64,000 bases of DNA from Chiloscyllium plagiosum (lineage: Eukaryota): the NCBI RefSeq assembly GCF_004010195.1, contig NC_057758.1:1877542-1941541 (forward strand), in the 5' to 3' direction. Within the stretch, counting starts at the first letter, position 1. Each line of letters starts with the position of its first letter. Positions 48,778-63,170 of the stretch are shown here, one piece after another. Below the pieces are notes generated by a model, which had not been told where the DNA came from, ran no database searches, and was given only the letters and a program-made list of their open reading frames with translations. The position numbers and the translations under genes were made by a program.

Positions 48778-51700
48778 ACAGAAATTAGACAGGAGTTAAG
48801 CAAGGAACGTGTTCAACTTCGTGAACAATATGTTCGATGAGCTGGTGTTGAGGCACTAAATGTTTGCTGTATTTTGCCAAATCGTGGCCTGAGGGACGTG
48901 AGTTACCGTTTCTAAATTTGCAGATGTAAGAAAGATAGCCCAATAGAAAGACAGCGCGACAGAAAAGCAACTCAAGTAATTAGCTCTGAAAATGATTTCA
49001 GAATGAAATTTAACTGTGATAAGTTGAGTTCACCTACTTTGGAAGAAGGAATAAGAGAAGGGCCGCCTCAATGAATAACAGGTTACAAGAAAGTTCAGTG
49101 TGACAGAGATCTTGGACCGCTTATCACAGATCAATAGGAGAAGTAAGAAAGAAAGTTGTTTTTACCAGTTGAGGCATCGATTGTGAAAACAGGAAGGTTT
49201 CATTAGACTTTGATTAGGCCACAGCTGAAGTACTGTTTGCCTATTGGTAACCACACTAGAGGAAAAATGTAATTCTACTGGAGGGGAAGAACAGGAGATG
49301 GAAGTTAGTGGCAGTAGGATCAGTTTAGTCACGACCACTCAATGAAGTCATTTCTCCTCACCTCTGTTTTAACTCTACTATGGCTTATCCTGTAGCTATG
49401 ATTATCTTGTTCTGGGAAGCCCCACGTGAAGAAAAATCTATTCTGCATATTTTTCAGTATTTAAAGGCAATTCGCAGGAAGTCATGGAATTGCATTTGAA
49501 TGCAGGAGGAGAGAGGTTACTTTTCTTTAATACCTCGTATTAATAAAACTGTATCTGAAGTAATGCACAGAGAACATTTTCAACGGTTGCAGATGACTCT
49601 GAACATTGAAGATTTGTACACTGTGAGGAGGACCGTGTGCAACTTCAAAATGGTTACGACAAGTTGGTGGAATGGGCAGAAATGAAGCAGAGAAGTTCAA
49701 TGCAAATACGTGTGGATTGGAAGAACAGGAAAAGGCAATGTAAAATAAAGATTATGATTTTAAACGGTGTTCTGGATCTGAGGGACATCCGTGTACATTC
49801 GTACAGATCATTGAGGAGAATAGGACAGTTAAGAATGTATACTCTGTCCTTGGATTCGTAACAGCATAGAGAACAAGAGTAAGGAGTTAATGTTGATCTT
49901 TTATCGGATACAGGTTATATTTCAGAAAAGAAATTGTCTACAGTATGGGTGCTACATTGCTAAAAAATCGGATGAACACCTTAGGAAGACCGTGCCGAAG
50001 TGATTGACAAGAGTGTATCCAGCGATTAGAATCTTCAGCGATAAGGATAGATTGAAGAAGATCGATCCATTTTCCCAGGCAAGAAGAAGATAGCGAGGAG
50101 ATCTGATGAATGGTTTTGAAATTATGGGGCGGAGCTGGACTGAGTAGAAAGGAAGACGTTCTTCCTGCTCATAAAGGATTAAACACAAGAGCACCTGAGA
50201 TGAAAGTGACTTGCACGGGTGATTTGAGAGAGTAAAAAGACAATTTTTATTCAGGGAGTAGCTAATGTCTTGAAAGTACTGCGTGAAAATGGAGTGAAGG
50301 CAATTCTGTTTGAGGCATGTAAGAAGGACATTGAAACGGTTATTGGTAAGGAAATGTGATGTAGGAATATATTGACGAGACAGAAAATTGGCATATGGTA
50401 ACAAATATGGAACAGGCACAATAAATTCAAAATGTGCCATAACGACGCTGGAGCACTCCATATTCTTGATAATCTCCTTCATCGCTCATAATTGCATGCC
50501 GCCACTGAGCAGCACAGATGCTTTCTTGCTTGTAGTATATGAAATCGTCTGCTGCTGGGATGTTCTTGTTCAGTCTGTGTCCTGCTATTAAATGGAATTT
50601 GTCTTGCGTCTGTACCCGTCTGGACAATGTTGTTATCAGAATCGGCGACCTCAGACGAGAGGTTTATACAGGAGCTCATGGAACGATGAGCACATATGAT
50701 TCTTGAACTCACTTCGGAGGCTGTGTGTGTATTGACTCCCCAACTCACTCCTTCAAACCATCTGCACTGTTAACCGTCTCTTGTTGACATCACATTTGTC
50801 GTCACAAGCTTAAAGAACGCTGGGGTCAACCCAATAGGTCTCTGCCTACTGAGAGAGAGAGAGAAACAGAGTTAACGTTTCGCCTCTGGTGTGACCCCTC
50901 TTGCAGAACCTGTTGGGGGGGGGGGAGGTGAGAGAAAGGGACAGGGTGAGAGATAGATAGATAGAGGAAAGGTGAGGGGAGTGAGTGAGTGAGACAGATA
51001 GAAACATACATACATAAATATTCTCAATAGCCACCTGGATAAAAGCTCATTGCGATTTCACAGGAATGGGGTTAGAATCAAGTCAGACATGAGGAGGATT
51101 TGATTGAGACTTACAGGACACTGACAGGCCTGGATGGAGTGGGCGTGGAGAAGTTATTTCCACCGGTAGGAGAGATTAGCACCGGAATACACTGCCTCAG
51201 AGTGAAGGGATGACCATGCAGATCTGAAAAGTGGAGAGATATCTTCAGCCAGACGGTACTGACTGCGGAACTGATTTCTGCGCAAGGTTGTGAAGGCCAG
51301 GTCATTGAGCAAATTTAAGTCCTGAGTATCTCCTTTTATTTAAACTATGACCCCTGGGTCTAAACTCCCCCAACATGGGAAGCATCCTTCATGCATCCAA
51401 GCTGTCAAGTAGTGTTAGAATTGCATTCTTTTCTATGTTGTCTCTCCCCCATTGTTCCAAACTTTAGTGAATGAAATCCTAACTGACTCAATCTTGTTAT
51501 CCGAACGTTCAATTTGGGAGACTTCATTGTCCTCCCTCAATAGCAGGAAGATCCTTCCTCAGTTAAGAAGATCAAATCTGCACACAGTATCCCAGGTGTG
51601 CCCTCACCACCGCCCTATATAACTGAATGAAGACATCAAAGTTCCGGTATTCGAATACTCATGCTATAACAGTGACACACTGTATACCTTCCTAACTGCA

Positions 51701-53984
51701 CGCTGCACACTTACTTGCAGAGATTGGTGCATGAGGGCACTCAGATCTGATTGAATATTCTAATTTGAGAAACTGTAAATTTGGAGACAAGGCTGTGTAT
51801 TCCAATTTTTCACTGCAGTGTTGATTACCTCATAATCGTTCACAATGCATTGAATCTTCCATGCATTTGCACGCTCATTATCAGTGTGTGTGCACGTATG
51901 TGCAATACTGCTTGTATGTAGTGTAAGTGATCCTTTGCCTTTCTGTAACTGTGTATAAGACATCACCGTTTGTTATTCTGTATCTGTGTATCTGATTGTG
52001 AGCGTATTTCTGTTTATATGTGCATCTGTTGTATGAGTCTGCATGTATCTCTGATTTTCTTTGCCTGTATGCATGGGCATATCTGTGTGTATGTGTATCT
52101 ATGTATGTGTGCATGAAGATGCGGGAGTCTGCATGTATCCCTGTTTGTGTGTGTGCGTGTGTGTGGTAGTGTCATAATGTTTATCTCTTTGTTTACATTT
52201 CTGTTCAATTTTGTCTGTATTGTTTTGAAGTAAAGCTATTGAATTGGGGATCAAAGCTTATCTCTGTCTGTCTGCTTGTGTGTCTCTATTGTGTTTGAAG
52301 TGGTACAATTCCATTCTCTGCTGACCTTTCCACGTCACTGCTCAAACATCAGATTTGTTTTGGGGGAAATGCATCAAATCCCCTGAATCCTACTCGGCTG
52401 CACAAGCATTTCGTTCTTCAAGGAATGTCTCTGGAAACAAAGGACAGTTTCATCCAGTCCCTGAGATATTATCAGAAGGAGATGAAACTGTCCATTGCAA
52501 CCTCACTACATCGATTCGCTCTTTTTAAGGACATTTTAATCCTTCATGATATATAATTTGGAAGAAGGCAGTCCAGAACATTGGAAATTACAGAAAGGGC
52601 AACAAACTTATCTGATCTCTTTATAAATTCGGAGGTGATTGGATGCAATTGTACTGGCGATACCTTGTAATCTGTGCACTCTGTGTCACGAAGACAAATT
52701 CAGAAAGAAATCATTTCCACATTGCAGGTGAAACATAAGAATTTTTCCAGATAATGAGCTTCCACAGTAAAATGGCAGTCCACTCCACACCAGACTTGTC
52801 CGTGTGTGAGTTTTCATGATGCTGTCAACTGCTGCCCATTCTCTCTCTCTGTCTTTGACTGAATCCAGAATGGTTCTTTACCCTCTGCTGCCGACAATGT
52901 AGTGCCATGTGGAGTCCAGCAGAAGGTGGCATTGCATCGCTTTCGACACAGAAGAGGCAAGCCACCCCGTCACACACATACACACACACACCAAAGCAGA
53001 AACATCGAAATACGTTGTTGTACACACACAGACAAATAAAAACACACACCAAATACATCAGCTTCTTCTTGTCGGCATTGTTCTATCGATTGTGATCCTT
53101 TTGCTAATCAAGTGACAACATCAATGTGCATGACCGTGACTGCTTTTCATGGGACAGTTTGTAATGTCACATTGTATCCTTTGCGGACCCTCCTCCTCTG
53201 TGTTTGACTATGCAGAGTAACCCTTAATTTGTGACAAAAAGAGTTCAGTGATTAGAAAGCATTGCATATTCCAATATGCCCTCCTCTATGAGATCCGTGA
53301 TGGAGATACGAATATTGTGTTTGATGGTGAACAGGGAGTGCTCCGTCTCGGCTCACCCCGTACTCCACCTCACTCAGCAACTAAATGCAGCTCTACTTTC
53401 ATAAGATTTCAATAAGACATCCTCCTCTTAGAATATTAACAGCAAACGTCTTCATTTTGTCTTACTTCTATTTTCATTTATCTGTGAAGTCGTGAAACAT
53501 TTAGTTCCAAGTTCGCATGAAAATTGTTCACAGAGCGGATGTTTGTGGAATCTTGCTCCGTGCATCTGGCCTCAAAAAATCCCATATGACAATTATGTTG
53601 ACAAGTCAGCAGAATAAAGTGTCACAGACTGATCATTTTCTTCCTGATCAGATGGACCAAGGAATAGCAGATGGGATTTAATTTAGGTGTTGCATTTCGG
53701 TAAAGCAAATAAAAGCAAGACTTAAACAATTCGTGTTAAGGTCCTGGAGAGAGTTGACGAACAGAGCGACCTAGAGCCCCAGATTCATAGTTCTTTAAAA
53801 CTGGAACCGAATGTAGTCAAGATCGTAAAGATGGTGTTTGGTTAGCTTGCCTTTATTTCTCAGTGCATTGATTAAAATATTTTCGAGGACATTTTATATA
53901 GATCAGCGGTACAATTCTGGTCTGCTTGCTATAGGAAATATTTTGCGAAACTTGAAACGATTGCGAAAAGAGTTCCTGAGAGGA

Positions 53985-55030
53985 TTTGTATCTCAGATTA
54001 TGGATGAAGTCGTGTGTTCCTTCACTGAGTCGATATGTTTTGCTGCAATCGTTTCGAATTGTGTATCAGTTATGCCATCAGTGAGTTTTTTGCAAGGTAT
54101 CAGTTGTCTGCTCCACTTGGTATTTATTTACCTCTGTTTGTTGATACGATATCTGAGTGGTATGAATGCCAGGCACAGTTCAATGTTTCCAATGATTGAA
54201 TTTCGGTTGGACTGCCACTTTCCAAGGAATTATCTGACCTGTCTCTGTTTTTCCTGAGTGAGGATGGTTACATCAAACACATTTGACTTCGTTTCCTTCG
54301 TTGTCTGTGTATTTGGAAATGCTGAAGTTCTGGTTGTATCTGACAGTTTTGAAATGATGCTCATGCAGTCGAGCGATCAGGTTTCTTCCTGTTTTCTAAT
54401 GTAGTGCTTTTTTTCACAGTTTTCGCACGGCATCCTGTAGCATTCGCCCTATTGAATGTGGGTTTTGGGTCTTCAGCCATTTGAGGAGCTCGAGGAGGAT
54501 GTTTCCTTTGCAACTCAGAATACCAGCGGTCTGTGTAGTCTCATAATTATCTCTGATATGACTTTGATGCATGGTATGGTCGTTATCCTGTCTGGTCGTG
54601 GAGTGATTTCTCCTTTGGGTTTGTCCCTTAAGTAATGGAGGTTAGTGCTCTTAGGGCACCCGTTTCGTTTATATCCTTCTAAGGGGTGTTTCTATTCTGT
54701 CTTCTGGACTTGTGGGTTGTTGCAGTACTGTCCTTGCCCGTTTAAGCAAGGCCCTAATGAAGCTCCATCTTTGGACGCTAGAATGCTTGCTCTTATCATT
54801 CAGTATCTGTACAGTATGGGATTTCTTCTTGCACAAATTTTCTGGTGCGCCCCCAGGAGGTGCCCATTTCACTAATACATCCAGGAAAGTTGGTCTGCTG
54901 TAATTTTCCTCTTTTTTGATGAATATTATCCCAGTGAGGATATTGTTCATGTGGTGGCAGGTTTTTTCCAGTTGTGCACGTTAAATGAATACCATGGTAT
55001 CAGCTACATACTGGATCCAGAGTTTGTGTT
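53985..55030 (-). mobile_element. Decayed PLE (RT C-terminus and GIY-YIG) inside a CR1
   Basis: NNILTGIIF..EENY..FLDVLV..KKSHTVQILN; YRMPCENCEK.HYI about 54390-54440. Confidence 0.75.
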
Positions 55031-56539
55031 GTATGATGCGTCGCGCTGTCAATTGAGAAAAGGGTTACAAGAGGATTGCCAACGATGGAGAGTTGAATCG
55101 GCCGTTGCTATTTTCCCTGTATGGCCTGGAGATGAGGTGTAATCTTAGAGAGCTTTATGAATTCATGAGGCGCATGAATAGCGTGAATAGCCCTGGTTTT
55201 TGACACTAGTATATGAGATTTCAAAAGTAGAGTGCATAGTTTTAATGGGACAAATTAAAACGGGGTCTGAGGGCAACAGAGGATGATGCGTGCATGGATG
55301 AGCTGCCAAAGCAAGTGATGGAGGTCGGTATAATTATTACATCGAAGAGTCACCTGGATAGGTACATGAATAGGAATGGGTTAAATGGTATGGGCAAAAC
55401 GTCAGCAAATGGTACTAGATTAAATTAGGATTCTTACTCGACTTTAACGAATCGGACTGAAGGATCTGTTTCTGTGCTGTACCTCTTTATAACAGCAGGA
55501 TACAGAATCATTACTGCTGCCTGTGAGTATTCGCAGAAAGGACTAATGTCTTCAAGAATTCGAAGTTGATAATTTGGACAAGCGCTCCCCTGAAGAATAT
55601 TGCCCAGCTAGCATTCTTCTATACGTGATATTTTCTGATCCCCTGGACGTTAGAATTCTCAGTTTTAGGGTTACCTTTTATTATCCAGCTTTATTCATTC
55701 TCTCAGTCCAGTATCCCACCCACCCCCGCCCCCCACTAATCATGGCATGCACCACATCAAAGGGAATTTTGATCTAAGTAAAATGGAAAGACAGTTATCT
55801 GATCTGTTTTGAACAACAAAGCATGTTCTCTCTCTCTCCACCTTTTGCGGAAAAACACATTTTCTTCACTTTCCGCCTTTTAAGATGAGCATAAAAGGCT
55901 GACAGATAGTAGGTGAAGATAATTTAGATAAATGCAAAGTGTCGCAATTTGGTTTAGTCAAATCAGGGTACCGACTTCATGTAAGACTGCATATTCGTCC
56001 TCTGTTCATGTCAATGTGTACGTCCTTCCACAAACGTCAAGGGATGTTCGCAACAGGAATCAGGAAGTCTGAAGTAACATCTGTGCAACATTAAACTCAA
56101 CTTCAAAACGTTATAATAACAATAAAATGACTTTGGGGCAGGGAAGATGGGGAGAAGCGTTGTTAACACATCGATTGATGCCGATTACTTGAGAAGGTGA
56201 GAAAACGAAGTTTCAACATCCTTTCAGTTTCATTTTAAAATCAGAAGTGGATCTACACGTAAAACAAGAAATGTACGACAGGGAATGCATGAGGGTGGAA
56301 TGAAATGTTCTTTTTAACGAGCTTGCAAAAGCACAATGTCCCGAAACAAAACCGGCAACACATTCTAAACATAACACCAATCCAGGTTTGTTCAATGTAT
56401 CGTTTCATTTGCGTGACATTCTAGTCGTCTGCTATAAATTCTGTATCTTATGAGCCTGCTCCAAAGCTACCTAATGAAGGAGCAGCACTCCGAATACACC
56501 TGTTAGACTATAAGCTAATCCTGCGTGATTTTTAATTTT

Positions 56540-57580
56540 ATTTTAATGAGGACACTCAAAAATACGAAATTATTTACAATTGATTGGAGCAGTATTTGGA
56601 ATGACGGGTCTTATTTCCAATGTTCCCGCTTACTTATTCTCTCGTTACTTCTGCCCCGCTACTCCACAGACTACAGCCAAAGCCGACCACGCCGCCTGCA
56701 CGATCGCCATCCAGGGAACCATGTCCGCAATCGCCAGGAAGACCAACTCCTGTGCGAACGACGGAGGATCCATCACCAGTGCAAAATCCACCATGAGTCA
56801 GCAATGTGATACCTACACTGTACGTCCCTTCTGCCCCCTCAGTTGCCGCCGCGACAACCCCTTCTGCTCCAGAGACGTCACGCACCCAAATGCCAATGAC
56901 AACATCACCGACGTCACTCACGGACTCAGCTGGCAGTATCGCTGATGTCACGCATTCATGGTGCCTGCGTGTGTACCACAATATGCATCATCTTCACTCC
57001 CCCGGTGAACGCTACTTCTACTGGTGACGTTATTTCGGACCTCCATAACCACGCCCACGCCAGAGGCCGTCTCTGTGGTCAACCGAGCTCTAGCCGCACC
57101 CTCGGTCCTACCTCTCAGGTCCTACCTATTCCCTCAGACTTCCCGTTTACTGAGGACGAACGTTCGGTCCTCACTTTCATCCCTTTATGCTCCCGGATTC
57201 ATGAGTTTAATGCACATTGCAACATCGAACATTGCGCCTGCCACCTCCAGCTCCCTGCCCACTTTTTCAAGCAACGCTCCTACCCACCCATCAAAGACAC
57301 CTTAACTTGCGTCCAACACACTCTGTCTACCTCGACAACGCATGCTGGCCTGTTACCTGCCCTTGACCTTTACATATCTAACTGTCACTGTGACATAGAC
57401 CGCCTCAACCTGTCCACCCCCTCTCTCACTACAACCTGCCGGCCTCTAGAATGCAGCCGACCAGTCCGCCTGCTCCCACCCCAACATCACCAAATTCCTG
57501 ACTTATGCCCGAAAAGTCGAATCTCCTTCTCCTCGGATGCTGCCTGACCTACTGTGCTATTCTAGTACTACACGCTCAAA
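56540..57580 (+). mobile_element. PLE 5' ORF remnant fused to a terminal repeat
   Basis: IPSDFPFTEDERSVL-TFIPL..RIHEF..FF..PALDLYISNC..DIDRL (PLE pre-RT region) after a Thr/Ala-rich segment; terminus cccgaaaagtcgaatctcc..ggatgctgcctgacc. Confidence 0.7.
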
Positions 57581-58354
57581 CTCACTAGCTGCATTGAGAC
57601 TATCCCACACCAACAAACTGCTCAAAAAATGAAAGTAAACCTTTGGCATGCACAGTCACTGTTTATTATTTCTTTCCTCTTTAGCAGCAACACCTTTTTT
57701 TTGTCAAATAACGAGCATTCCAGCGCAGCTAAAATCTGTATTTTTGGACTCCCTGTGATTGGAGATGAATCCCTGAAGTAGTACGGCTTTTTCTGTGTCT
57801 GGTAGCTGCCTGTCAGAGAAATGTCTTACAGAACTGTCTTTCGTGTTGTGTTTTCTGGTGTTGGTTACTTTAGGCATTTTGTCTTGGAATGCCGTTCTTG
57901 TTTTGTTTGTTGTTCTGTTGTTCTACTGATCCAACAACCAACGTTAGAAGAGGAAAATTAGGATAATGGTCCTATTCAGTTTTCTCCACCATTCAATAAT
58001 AGTCATACTTTCTCAACCCACTTCCTCTGCCTTCAATCCGGAAATCTTGATTGCCTTATCAAACAAAGCATTGTATTTAACTGTAAAAAGAGTAACAGTG
58101 CAATGGTATTATTCGTAAATGTTAATGTTAATTGACCCAGAAGCATTTCAAATAAAATTTAGTCCCGCACGCAGTGGAAATAATTGTTGCTTTTCGATTT
58201 TGAGTTCAATTTAACCTTGTCACTTTGGCAGGTTTTGCAGGTTTGGCAGTTTCTGTGGCACAGTATTTAAAGTGAGATAATGCCACACGATGTTAGCCTC
58301 CCTGGGCGAGTGTATAGGCGGCGGTCAGCAAAATAAATCAAACCAGTAATGAGG

Positions 58355-58580
58355 ACAACAAATGCTGCAGATCGCAGATGGTCTGGCTGTATCCATGCAG
58401 AGCGAGAGAGAGCGAAAGAGAGACAGAGAGACAGGTAGACAGAGAGAATCTTCATCAGAGGCACCTAGACTAGAAACATTAGCTTGCTGTCTCTACATGG
58501 ATGGTGCTTAAACCCTGGAATTCTCCAGCACTTTTTGCTTTTGGCAAATATTCCAGCACCTGCAGTAATTTATTCTTAAA
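58355..58580. repeat. Mini inverted pair of PLE-type termini
   Basis: aacaaatgctg..atccatg..tcttcatcaga followed by ..ctagactagaaacattagc..catggat..cagcacttttt. Confidence 0.55.
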
Positions 58581-58682
58581 TCAAACCAGGTTAGGATATC
58601 CCTATATATGATGATCTCCTGCTTCACCCAACTACATGTATATCCCAATGAAACATGGGATGAGTATCGTAGGTATTCTGTC

Positions 58683-58712
58683 TGTGTGTGTGTGTGTGTG
58701 TGTCCTCCCTCG

Positions 58713-58766
<54 letters not shown>

Positions 58767-58767
58767 A
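58683..58767. repeat. Compound (TG)n/(GA)n microsatellite
   Basis: Directly visible. Confidence 0.95.
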
Positions 58768-59068
58768 AGACAGAGACAGAGAAACAGACAGAGTTCGTAC
58801 TGTTGCTACTCGGTGCCAGTATTGACCTTTTAACCTCATCTCTTCCATGAACAAGCCAAGCTGAAAAACATATGCAGTTGCAGAGTCTTCCCCACATATG
58901 AAACCGGGTGTGTGAGAAGCCACGAGAGAACTGGAAGAATGGAAAGATGTGCATCACCTCTTTTGACCTCGACGTCCTTCTTTGGCTCCTCCAACACTCT
59001 GACTGATGTTCCACTTAGTTGTCTGTCCATCTCTCTCTATCTGTAACTTATATCTGTTTCTTTCTGTT

Positions 59069-59108
<40 letters not shown>

Positions 59109-61924
59109 AGCCACAGCCGCGCCTTTTTGCTGTGCTTTCTCTTAACTCTTCTCGCTACCTTTATCTATGCTCTTTCCCACTCACTTTTGCCTGCTCTGTT
59201 CTTTTTCTGTCTGTCTTTCTCTCTCTCTGTCAGACAGTCACACTCATATTGTACAGCATCCCCTGAAGTAATCCCACCCAATAATCTGCCCCTCCAATGT
59301 TCCTCCACTGTGCACCCTTCGTTTTTAAATCCCCTTGAGTATCTTCATCACTGTGCATTACCTGATTCCCTGATGGAGTCTCACACCGAAGTGTTGTACA
59401 CAGCGAGCATGTACATAGTTGAATGCGCCTTATGAATATCTGCCTTCGTACACAGAAAGATCCCAGTCTTCAAGCATTGTCTGCCTTTCCTCAGTGTTAA
59501 ACGTATTTTACCTTAACTACCCTCATCGCTTCAGTCCACACAACATTGGAAAAAAAATCTAGGGAACAATCAGGAACAGGAAAACGTAAAAGTACACATA
59601 GTGGCATGGAGTCCAAATCTACCCTAGTCAAGGGGACAGAGTCGAGAGATTCAAGGCAAACGAGGAAAGAGACAGTGGGAAAAGCAGGTATACAAAAGCA
59701 ACAAAGAGAGCAAGAGAGAGCATGACAGAAAGAGAAAATGAGAACACAGAGAGAGTGTGTGAGAGAGACACAAAAGTAAAGAGAGAATATCCAGGCAGAT
59801 GAACAGTCCCTGAGTATTTGCCTCAAGAAATGCACCATTTCATATTTTCTTATAAGGGGTGCTTACCACATGATACATTGCCCGGTGCCACATTCTGCCC
59901 CTCATGCCATCTCTCCTCCTATTCTCAGTACCCAATACACCATCCATATCGATCTCTCTGCCCATCCCTCTTTTCTTTTTTTTCTTCTCATGCTCTCATT
60001 GACAATTCAAACGGCTCTCCCCCATGAATAGGTGTGTAACTTCCCTCCACATTGCAGCTCCACTGCAAGCCGTGACCTCCCCTCTAATAGTCCCTTCGTT
60101 ACCATCAACTGTTTTTAAAAGCCCCTCTATATCCCCATCCGTATACAATTCCGTCTGTGCACAATTGGTGGCAAAGCGTGAGTTCCCGTTCTCATTTCCA
60201 TGGCAAATGTCTTGAGGTGGAAAACACAAGAATCGCTGCAATTCCTTCCCAGTTGTCTTTGACTGATGCTGTTGAGTTATTTCAGACATCAAACCCCTTA
60301 CACGTCAGCCCACTTTATGACCCGCTGCACTGCTACACATTCTCTGCTTCTGATTCTGTCTCCCCCTATCCTGTCTCACACCCTATCAATCAATCTCCCA
60401 CAGCTTCTCGTAACCTCACTGTAAGTAATCAGTCAATATTCCTCTCTGATAAGCTATGGATGGATATCGGCCCTGTCTAAGTTCATCTGCTCTCCACCTC
60501 CTAAACTGCCCCCTTCTCCCTGTCTAATGACTCCTTCAGACGAGATATAAAAGCCCCTCTGCCTGCATCCAATCCAATATCTTCCCTTGTTTACACCCAG
60601 CCCCTGCGGTGGAGAACATTATGCAACAGTTCGTGCAGAGATGAACTGATCTTTTGACTGACTGTCTTCATGCTCAACAAGATACCAGTACCCAGTTGTC
60701 GTTTACTGACCCCTCAGTAAGAAAGCTGCTTTATGCCACTTACTTTCTCACCCCAATATCTCTGCATCTGTCTGTCTCTCTCTTCCCATTCACTCCCTCA
60801 CTCACCCACCGTTTGGACAACAATGGGAGTAAATTTCGGAGCGTTCAGAGACAGGTTGAAAACAACTAACCTGAAAATCACGGCACTATGAGACCAAGTG
60901 TGACATGTGCATCGCACGGAAAAAATATAGTCGATTGGATTTCCTGGAAAACGCTGTACTGATTCCAGTAACTCGAACAAAGTGACATGGTCAGCCAAGT
61001 TCCAGAAAATCCATGCGCGATTTCCTTACGGAATATCGTAGACCTACTGTCTTCAACAGCTTCATCAATACACTTTCCAGAGAAAATACCTCCAGTCATT
61101 TCAGTCTCCCCCTGTAATTCAAACGCCTGGCAAAACCCTTGTACATATTTTTTTCAGAATTTCATTTTCACAAAATTCTCCCGAAAGCGGGGAGACCAGA
61201 ATAGCACAAAGAATTATAAAAGTGGCCTAGCAATGTTATTTACAGCTGCAACATGACTTGCAACTCCTCTCTTCAATGTACTTAACGAATAAAGGAAAGT
61301 GCATCAAATGCCTTCTTTATTATTCATTTTACATGCGACTCCACGTTCAAGGCAATATGAACCTGCACTTGTTTTTCAGTAAAGCTCTCATGACCTTCCA
61401 ATAAGTTGTATGTCCTGCCCTGATTTACCTTTCCAAAATGCTTCACCTCACATTTATCGAAATTAAACTCCATCTGTCACTCCTCACGTCATTTGCCATG
61501 TGATCAAGATCCGGTTGTACTCTCAGATAATCTTATTTGTTGTCCACTACATGACCAATTTTATTGTCATCTGCACACTTACTAACCAAGCCACCTGTAT
61601 TTGCATTCAAATCACTTATGCAAATGACAGAAAGCAGTGGACCGAGCACCGATTCTCGTGGAACAATACTGGACACAGACATTCTGAAAAACAAAGCTTC
61701 ACCAATCGGGTAACGAGGGGCAAGTCGGAGAATGAACATGAGACAGAGTCTTGGAGACGTCTCGTAGTGTGGCACGTTCTTTAAACTGAGACGTTCATCT
61801 GGCAGCACTTCAGAACGAAGATGCAGCATTCCGAGTGAGGCTCCTCATGTGTCAGACAAAGTTCAATTTGGCAGATATCTCCAATATTCGAGCATTGTTT
61901 CCATGGAGATGGATTTGTCATAAA

Positions 61925-63170
61925 GTCACAGAATCATTAAGAAGTATAGCACGGAAACATACCCTTCAGTCCAACTGGTCAATGCGGACCAGATATCCTA
62001 ACCTAATCTCCTGCCATATGGCCGCATTTGGCCCATACTCTATACCCTTCCAAATCATACACACATCCAGATGCCTTTTACATGCTGCAATTGTATCGGT
62101 CTCTACCACTTCCTGTGGCAGATCACGTGCAAACTCTACACAGACAGTCGCCCATAGCTGGAATCTAACCTGGGACCCTGGTACTTTGAGGCAGTATGCT
62201 ACCCAGTGGGTAGCATACTGCCTCAAAGCACCAGGGTCCCAGGTTAGGTTCCAGCTATGGGCGGCTGTCTGTGTAGAGTTTGCACGTTCTCCCCGTGTTT
62301 GCATGGGTTTTCTCCGGGTTCTCCGGTTTCCTCCCACAGTCACAAAGATGTGCAGGTCAGGTGAATTGTCCGTGCTAAATTGCCCATAGTGTTTGGTGCA
62401 TTAGTCAGAGGGAAATGGGTCTGGGTGGGTTACTCTTCGGAGAGTCGGTGTGCACTGGTTGGGCCAAAGAGCCTGTTTCCACGCTGTAGGCATCCGAATC
62501 TAAAAAAAAAATCATCCCATACTCGCACCATCCTCTGCTTGAAAATGTTGCACCTTAGGTCCCTTTTGTATCTTTACACTGCTCCCTAAAACTATGCCCT
62601 CTCGTTCTGAACTCCTCTACAGCAGGGAAACCGCTTTGTCTATTTATCCTATCCATGCCCACCATGATTTTATAAACTTGAATAATGTCACCCCTCAATC
62701 TCCGATGCGCCAGGAGAAGCAGCCTCAGCCTATTCAGCCTTTCACAATAGGCCAAATCCTCCAACGCAGGCAACATTCTTGTAAATATTTTCTAACCCTT
62801 TCAAGTTTCACCACATCCTTCCAGTAGGAAGGAGACCAGACTTGCACGCAATATTTCAAATGAATGTCCTGAGAAGTAGCAACACGACATCTTAACTCTG
62901 ACACTCAATGCTCTGACCAAGCAAGGAATGTAGAACAAAGGCCTTCTTCATTGTCCTATTTGTCTGCGTCCCTACTTTCAAAGAACCATGAACCTGCACT
63001 CCAAGTTCTCTTTGTTTATCAACACTTCCTAGACTTAATATTAAGTGAATAATTCCCGCTCTGATTGCTTTTCCAAATTTAGCACATTGCTGTTATCTAA
63101 ATTAAACATCAAATGCTACTCCTCAATGCATAGGCGGATCTGATCAAGACCCCGATATACCCTGAGGTAC
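61925..63170 (-). mobile_element. CR1 LINE 3' fragment hosting the fold-back SINE
   Basis: MLPALEDLAY.ERLNRL..RRLRGDIIQVYKIM..RTRGHSF; LPQEVVE..FKRHLD-like segment. Confidence 0.85.
62125..62510 (+). mobile_element. V-SINE (HE1-like) with an 81-bp inverted duplication of its 5' end
   Basis: 62125-62205 is the reverse complement of 62207-62287 (3 mismatches, 1-nt spacer); the SINE continues to a poly(A)-like tail at 62502-62511; TSD ATCA (62122-62125, 62511-62514). Confidence 0.92.

Noticed and set aside
56525..57110. GC-rich overlapping ORFs suggesting a host exon or CpG island
   Set aside because: Contiguous with the PLE pre-RT region; best explained as the element's low-complexity N-terminal segment
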